Positions 52,237 through 57,681 of a DNA stretch of 57,681 nucleotides are shown here, piece by piece; the first letter of the stretch is position 1; each line of letters opens with the position of its first letter. A model generated the notes under the pieces. The model searched no databases. It was not told the DNA's origin and worked only from the letters and a program-made list of their open reading frames with translations. The position numbers and the translations under genes are program-made. This stretch comes from Candidatus Woesearchaeota archaeon (lineage in GTDB: Archaea > Nanobdellota > Nanobdellia > UBA10117 > ARS21), in NCBI GenBank assembly GCA_964615505.1, contig CAZTOR010000001.1, forward strand, positions 1 through 57,681. The letters are read 5' to 3'.

Positions 52237-54510
52237 ATGCCTAAGGATTCTAAAGAAATAGTTTTAACGGTTCAAGAAGCAAGACAAGACGATATTGATA
52301 GAGGCATAGTCCGTATTGAAAATGAGTTCTTGAAAAAATTAGGATTACAGCAGGGTGATTTTATAGAAATAGAGGGCGATAAAAAAACAGTTGCAATTGC
52401 AGGAAGAGCATACCCTGCAGATTTAGGACTGGGAACAATTAGAATGGACCCATCTATACGAAAGAATGCCGGGACATCTATTTCTGAAAAAGTAACTTTG
52501 CGTGCAATAGATATCAGGCCTGCAAAGAAAATTACAATTGCGCCTTATCAAAAAGGTATGCGAATTCAAGCACCTCCCAAAATGTTTCTGAAAGCATTAG
52601 TGGGACGACCTGTTTCCAAAGGAGATATAATAACTCCTGCAACTCATGGTCGAGTTAGACGAATTCGAGGATATGATCCGCTCGAAGATTTATCTGACAT
52701 TTTAGGCGCTGCGATGAGCGGAGGACTACCTCTAATGTCTGGATTAAAATTTATCGTTGTAACTACGTCTCCTAAAGGTGCGGTGCTAGTAACTGAAGAA
52801 ACTCAACTTGAGCTAAAACCTGAGGCGGTTGAAATAACTGAAGATCACGTTCCGGATGTTTCCTATGAAGATATCGGTGGATTAAAAGAAGAAGTAGAAA
52901 AAGTTAGAGAAATGATCGAAATTCCATTAAAGCGCCCAGAATTATTTGATCGATTGGGAATCCAACCACCAAAAGGTGTTTTATTATATGGACCGCCTGG
53001 AACAGGTAAAACTCTTTTAGCAAAGGCTGTCGCATCAGAATCTCAAGCATCATTCCATTTAATCAATGGACCTGAAATTATGAGTAAATTCGTTGGAGAT
53101 GCTGAAAAGAAAATAAGAACCATTTTTGACGAAGCGGAAAATAATGCTCCTGCAATTATATTTATTGATGAAATTGACGCAATTGCACCAAAGCGAGAGG
53201 AATCATATGGCGAAGTTGAGCGAAGAGTAGTTGCACAATTACTTACTTTAATGGACGGAATGAAAGGAAGAGGAAAAGTCATCGTAATTGCAGCAACAAA
53301 TCGACAAGATGCATTAGACCCTGCATTGCGAAGAGGAGGAAGATTTGATAGAGAAATAGAAATAGGCGTCCCAAATTATGAAGGAAGATTACAAGTACTA
53401 AAGATTCATACTCGAAATATGCCTTTGACAAGTAACGTTAAATTGGAAGAATTAGCAAGAGTCACTCACGGTTTCGTTGGAGCAGATCTAGAAGCACTAT
53501 GTAAAGAAGCTGCAATGAATGTAATCCGAAGACTGGCATTAAAACACTCTTTGAAAGATGATTCTCCACTTGACGAGGAGATTATGAAAAAATTAATTGT
53601 AAATCAAAAAGATTTTGAAGATGCTTTTAGAAACGTCTCTCCTAGTGCAATGAGAGAAATATTAATTGAAACACCAAATGTTCCTTGGAATAGAATTGGA
53701 GGTCTCGGTGAAATCAAGCAACAACTAAAGGAAGCCGTTGAGTGGCCAATAAAGAACCCTGAAATGTTCAAACGAATGGGGATTCGGGCACCAAAAGGTG
53801 TTTTATTATATGGACCGCCTGGAACAGGTAAAACTCTTTTAGCAAAGGCTGTCGCGACCGAATCTGAAGCAAATTTTATCTCAGTTAAAGGGCCGGAATT
53901 ACTAAATAAATATGTTGGTGAATCAGAAAAAGCTGTTCGAGAAATATTTAGAAAGGCTAAACAAGTTGCACCGTCAGTAGTTTTCTTTGATGAAATTGAT
54001 TCGATTGCGTCAATAAGAAGCGGAGGTGGAGACGGAGGTGCAAAGGCAAGAGAAGGAGTAGTAAATCAAATTCTAACGGAATTAGATGGTGTGGAAGATC
54101 TGAGCGAAGTAGTAGTTATAGCAGCTACAAATCGTCCGGAATTGGTTGATCCTGCATTGTTAAGACCGGGCAGATTTGACAGACACTTGTTAGTCAGACC
54201 ACCGGGTAAAGCAGCAATTCAAGAAATTCTTAAAATTCATACTAAAGATGTTCCTATGGGTAAAGATATAACTCTAAAATATTTGACTGAAAAGTTAGTT
54301 GGGTATTCTGGTGCAGACATAGAAGCAATTGTTAGAGAAGCTGCAATGCTAGCACTTCGAGAAAAAGCAGATGCTAAAAATGTAAAGAAAAAACACTTTA
54401 GCGAAGCACTTTCAAAAATTAAACCATCATTATCGAAGGTTGAAGTTAACGCTTACAAAAATGCTATTAGGGAAGCAGAAGGAAGAGTTGGTCCAGACTA
54501 TCTTGGATAG
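52237..54510 (+). CDS. cdc48: CDC48/VCP-like AAA+ ATPase
   Basis: N-domain (double-psi barrel-like) followed by two AAA+ modules. Each module has Walker A GPPGTGKT and Walker B (FIDEID and FFDEID). Confidence 0.95.
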   Translation: MPKDSKEIVLTVQEARQDDIDRGIVRIENEFLKKLGLQQGDFIEIEGDKKTVAIAGRAYPADLGLGTIRMDPSIRKNAGTSISEKVTLRAIDIRPAKKITIAPYQKGMRIQAPPKMFLKALVGRPVSKGDIITPATHGRVRRIRGYDPLEDLSDILGAAMSGGLPLMSGLKFIVVTTSPKGAVLVTEETQLELKPEAVEITEDHVPDVSYEDIGGLKEEVEKVREMIEIPLKRPELFDRLGIQPPKGVLLYGPPGTGKTLLAKAVASESQASFHLINGPEIMSKFVGDAEKKIRTIFDEAENNAPAIIFIDEIDAIAPKREESYGEVERRVVAQLLTLMDGMKGRGKVIVIAATNRQDALDPALRRGGRFDREIEIGVPNYEGRLQVLKIHTRNMPLTSNVKLEELARVTHGFVGADLEALCKEAAMNVIRRLALKHSLKDDSPLDEEIMKKLIVNQKDFEDAFRNVSPSAMREILIETPNVPWNRIGGLGEIKQQLKEAVEWPIKNPEMFKRMGIRAPKGVLLYGPPGTGKTLLAKAVATESEANFISVKGPELLNKYVGESEKAVREIFRKAKQVAPSVVFFDEIDSIASIRSGGGDGGAKAREGVVNQILTELDGVEDLSEVVVIAATNRPELVDPALLRPGRFDRHLLVRPPGKAAIQEILKIHTKDVPMGKDITLKYLTEKLVGYSGADIEAIVREAAMLALREKADAKNVKKKHFSEALSKIKPSLSKVEVNAYKNAIREAEGRVGPDYLG
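52967..53033. repeat. 67-nt segment identical to 53789-53855 (Walker A regions of the D1 and D2 modules)
   Basis: Manual alignment gives 67/67 nt identity: caccaaaaggtgttttattatatggaccgcctggaacaggtaaaactcttttagcaaaggctgtcgc. Confidence 0.9.
53789..53855. repeat. 67-nt segment identical to 52967-53033
   Basis: Second copy of the intragenic repeat. See 52967-53033. Confidence 0.9.
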
Positions 54511-54518
54511 AATCAAAG

Positions 54519-55409
54519 TTAACCCAAAACTATTGGTTTGTCATCTACAATAATTGTATATTCAAATTGAGAAACCATTGAACCAGGCTTTTCATTTAAT
54601 ATTTTATGATCATGTAAAATTCCTGATCGAACAAATGAAGAAATGGCCAATTTTGTTTTAGTTCCCCCAAATTTTTTCGCAAGTTCTCTCTCTGAAAAAG
54701 GAAGTGTTTGATAATTCGAGAGTATATGATTTAAAACATCTCGATACATCCTAACCTGCTTTTTTTCAGAAAGTTCATATATTCCTGAACTTTTACCTTC
54801 AGTTACACTTCCTCTACCGTCAGTAGCAAAAGGTTCAATCGCTATAACCATTCCTTTCTCAAGTTTAAATTTACTTCCTGTTTTATAATTTGGAATATTA
54901 TATCCTGCATGTACATTATATCTATCAATTCCGTGACCTGAAAGATTTCGAATCGATTTAAAGCCATGCTTTTTTATGGTTGATTCAATCACTTCACCAA
55001 TGTCACTAACCGATACGCCTGGCTTCACCAATTTAATTGCGTTATCTAATGCTTCTCTGGACGATTCAATTAAATTATTATGTTTTTCAGTTTCGATTGG
55101 AATAGAAATTGCACTATCAACAATATAACCGTCAACATGTACGCCAATATCCAATTTCAACAAATCTCCTTTCTTTAAAGTATTTTCATCCTTTTCACTC
55201 GCACAATAATGAGCTGCAACATCATTTACAGATATATTTGCAGGGAAAGCCAGTTCTCCGCCCATCTCTTTAATTTTACTTTCAATTTTTTCTGAAATTT
55301 CAAGATATTTCGCTCCAGGGACTGCAAGTTCTCTACCGTATTCTTTACACCTTTTTGAAATATCGCTTGCTTTCTTATATTTTAATAATACTTTTTTGCT
55401 CATAACCAT
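54519..55409 (-). CDS. map: methionine aminopeptidase, type 2 (archaeal)
   Basis: Pita-bread fold metal ligands (KLDIGVHVDGYIVDSA, SGHGI, AIEPF) with the type-2 helical insert. Overlaps the polB stop by 10 nt. Confidence 0.9.
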   Translation of the reverse strand: MVMSKKVLLKYKKASDISKRCKEYGRELAVPGAKYLEISEKIESKIKEMGGELAFPANISVNDVAAHYCASEKDENTLKKGDLLKLDIGVHVDGYIVDSAISIPIETEKHNNLIESSREALDNAIKLVKPGVSVSDIGEVIESTIKKHGFKSIRNLSGHGIDRYNVHAGYNIPNYKTGSKFKLEKGMVIAIEPFATDGRGSVTEGKSSGIYELSEKKQVRMYRDVLNHILSNYQTLPFSERELAKKFGGTKTKLAISSFVRSGILHDHKILNEKPGSMVSQFEYTIIVDDKPIVLG

Positions 55410-57681
55410 TGATCTAATCCTATGCTCAAGTTCTTGACCTGATCTTCAGTATAACCGAAGAGTTCTAGTATTTTATAAGTTGCTCCAATCACTTGTTTGT
55501 CGATGTAATATTTCTCATCTATTTCGTTAATGTCCACATCTTCCGAAAGCTTTACTCGGTCCCGAACCAACTTGGAATTACCTTCAGAAATTACATAATT
55601 AACTACCGTTCCAGCACCTACAACTTTACCCTTGGCTTCCATTAGTCTACCTGCAGCAACTTGTGGACCAATCGCAACGTAATCACTCAAATTCCGAGTC
55701 AATTTATTTGACAAAACTAATTCCTCGACAGTAATTTTTCTTTCACGAATATTGGATATTATATTTTGTACAATCTTTAGTGCAATATCTCCTTTCCCAT
55801 CCGTTAATACCGATTTCAAAACTTCCAATTGAGCATTTTTTGCTAATTTAGACCAATCTCCTCTACGAGACTCCAAACCCTTAACAGTAATTTTCCCTGA
55901 TTTATCCATTAAAGCATACCTCTTTTTTGCTCCAGTTTCAGATCCCTTTTTTTCCAAAAATATTCCTGAAGAATAATGCCCTTCATCTTCTAGTTCCATC
56001 GGATCAGGTAGATAATCATTAACTTCTTTCTCAAATTCCTTTATTTTTTCTGAATCTAGTAAGAACACAGAATCCGTATCACCGTATATAACTTCAATAC
56101 CGTGTTTTTCCGCAGTCTTAATTAAACCCTCAATATATTTTCGACCCATTGCAGTTATTGCTGCAGCACAATCTATAGAGTACCATCTCGCACCATAGAA
56201 TCCCAAATAACCATAGAAAGAATTTGCCAATATTTTAATTGCGTAAGATTGAGCATCTAATTCCTTCCCCAATTCAGAATCAGAATCCACCTTTTTAAGA
56301 TCCGACTTTATTTGTCCTCTCTTTTCGAGCAAGTTTTTCAAAAGCGCAGGAATGAAACCGCCTTCCTTTTTGAAACATACTTTTTTGTGAGGCAAATATA
56401 TTTCCGTTTCACCTTCTTCGGAAAGAGTGTAAGGATCGATATTATGCGCAATTATTATTGAAGGGTATAGACTTCTGAAGTCAAAAACTCTAACATTCTT
56501 GTAAACTCCAGGCGTTGGTTGATATACAAAAGCACCTACTACTTTGGTACGCATCCTTGAAGATATATCTGATTCTGAAGGTTTATTTTCAATAACTCGA
56601 TTTTCATCAATCGAATTTTTTATTATATATTGTTCAACTAGTCGTCCATATCTCATACGCGAAACATCAAATAAGGGAATCCCGACGATTCTAACAAACT
56701 GTATTGCTATAGGCATCATTTTTTGAGCTAGTTTCCAAGTTATTCGAGAATCATGAAGATTATATTTCATAATTCTAGAAAGATTTTCGGAACCGCCTTC
56801 TTTCCAAAGCTCGCTAACGAATGCTCCTAGCGGTTCCTCCTTTTGATGTCCAATTAATTCGCGTGCAACACTATCTAATTTCAGCGAATTCGTTTTCAAG
56901 TTTGACGAAAGAATATTTCTGACAAAAATATAACTATCAAAATGAGTCAGTCCATTAATTCTTGAAGAATACCCTCTCTTTCCAGCACGTTCTAATTTAA
57001 TTCCGGATTTCAATGGACCAATTTCAATATTCACTCTCAACTTTTCTGCTCTTGTTTTTATGAATGGCAAATCAAATCCATCAGAATTGTAACCAGTAAT
57101 TACATCAACTTTTGATTCATTAATCGTTTTAGAAAAGTCTTCCAACAATTCAGATTCATCTTTTACAACATTAACATATTCTTTTTTATTTTCAAAATCT
57201 CTATACGTTGTAACTTTTCTTAATCCTTCCGAGTAGTATGAAATCGAAATTATTTTATCGTTTTTTGCATTTGGAAAACTTCCAGAACATTCAGTTTCAA
57301 TATCAAATGCCAACACTTTAGGCATGAAATTTTTGTAATATTCAAGTTTATTCTCTAGCCCTAATCTGAATAAATAAGGAATATCTGCCTCAAAAACTTC
57401 CAATTGCTGATTTTGAAGCTTTCGCTTAAGAGCGGGTATTTCAACCGGAAATTCAGTATGAACTTTAAACATAGATATTTCTTTCCCTCTAAATATTTTT
57501 TTAACTTCTTTGACTAATTTAGGTGATTTAATTTCACCCCGATAATCATAAACTAAATTTTCAATCTCCGATTTAGAAACATTAGATTTTACAAGCAAGA
57601 ATGGTAACTCAAAATCCCTTTCCTTGACATAGTTACCACTATCTGAATTGCAAATAATTGAAATTTTTCGAGAGTCACCTT
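55400..57681 (-). CDS. family B DNA polymerase (partial, N-terminus beyond the window)
   Basis: Exo I FDIET, motif A DFRSLYPSII, KILANSFYG and motif C YGDTDS. The frame remains open upstream of the track's TTG at 57598 all the way to the window edge (...GDSRKISIICNSDSGNYVKERDFELPF-LLVK). Confidence 0.9.
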   Translation of the reverse strand, partial: GDSRKISIICNSDSGNYVKERDFELPFLLVKSNVSKSEIENLVYDYRGEIKSPKLVKEVKKIFRGKEISMFKVHTEFPVEIPALKRKLQNQQLEVFEADIPYLFRLGLENKLEYYKNFMPKVLAFDIETECSGSFPNAKNDKIISISYYSEGLRKVTTYRDFENKKEYVNVVKDESELLEDFSKTINESKVDVITGYNSDGFDLPFIKTRAEKLRVNIEIGPLKSGIKLERAGKRGYSSRINGLTHFDSYIFVRNILSSNLKTNSLKLDSVARELIGHQKEEPLGAFVSELWKEGGSENLSRIMKYNLHDSRITWKLAQKMMPIAIQFVRIVGIPLFDVSRMRYGRLVEQYIIKNSIDENRVIENKPSESDISSRMRTKVVGAFVYQPTPGVYKNVRVFDFRSLYPSIIIAHNIDPYTLSEEGETEIYLPHKKVCFKKEGGFIPALLKNLLEKRGQIKSDLKKVDSDSELGKELDAQSYAIKILANSFYGYLGFYGARWYSIDCAAAITAMGRKYIEGLIKTAEKHGIEVIYGDTDSVFLLDSEKIKEFEKEVNDYLPDPMELEDEGHYSSGIFLEKKGSETGAKKRYALMDKSGKITVKGLESRRGDWSKLAKNAQLEVLKSVLTDGKGDIALKIVQNIISNIRERKITVEELVLSNKLTRNLSDYVAIGPQVAAGRLMEAKGKVVGAGTVVNYVISEGNSKLVRDRVKLSEDVDINEIDEKYYIDKQVIGATYKILELFGYTEDQVKNLSIGLDQWL

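Noticed and set aside
52237-57681. Large replication and AAA+ genes (PolB, PolD DP2, CDC48) might contain inteins, as is common in archaea.
   Set aside because: The catalytic motifs are contiguous (for example YGDTDS and the Walker A/B motifs) and protein lengths are canonical. There are no insertions of 150 aa or more with Cys/Ser ... His-Asn splice junctions.
1-57681. I looked for tRNA, rRNA or other structured RNA genes, prophages and mobile elements.
   Set aside because: Intergenic gaps are nearly all under 100 nt and AT-rich, with no GC-rich stem-forming islands. No integrase, transposase, terminal inverted repeats or phage structural genes were recognised. A covariance-model scan (tRNAscan-SE or Infernal) would be needed for certainty.

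Overview
This is an AT-rich, very gene-dense archaeal chromosome segment. It uses the standard genetic code, has many 4-nt ATGA start/stop overlaps, and several convergent genes overlap each other. TATA-like boxes sit about 25 nt upstream of first-gene ATGs, which suggests leaderless mRNAs. The archaeal assignment rests on PolD DP1/DP2, Orc1/Cdc6, thermosome, Hel308, Hef/XPF, RadB, LonB, CDC48, AglB and a family B polymerase. The lysine-rich proteome and compactness fit a small-genome, DPANN-like lineage, but that lineage call is inference. Contents from left to right:

1. An Epd/Tad-like type IV pilus locus (about 600-13233, interrupted by a thermosome gene). It has nine prepilin-like genes, including a 625-aa giant pilin-like protein, one FlaI/PilB-type ATPase and two TadC/FlaJ-type platform proteins.
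2. Hel308, TrmI, SecF/SecD and a SpoIIM-like membrane protein.
3. A single-strand glycosylation operon of about 12.5 kb headed by AglB. It carries a bacterial-type ADP-heptose pathway (GmhA, split HldA/HldC), two GT9 heptosyltransferase-like genes, GT2/GT4 enzymes, a methyltransferase, a Wzx flippase and an NPP-family phosphodiesterase.
4. A replication-origin neighbourhood. Inverted ORB elements flank an AT-rich unwinding element next to orc1/cdc6. PolD DP2, coupled to a Cas4-like nuclease, lies on one side and Orc1-DP1 on the other. Two further ORB-like 34-bp repeats lie 4.6 kb away.
5. A presenilin homolog, a split Hef (helicase and XPF nuclease as separate ORFs), TraB, LonB, SerRS, topoisomerase IA, RadB, CDC48, MetAP and a PolB truncated at the window edge.

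I found no rRNA, tRNA, CRISPR array, integrase or transposase. The best candidates for something new are the pilus locus with its giant pilin, the archaeal heptosylation cluster, and the ORB / Cas4-like / PolD arrangement.
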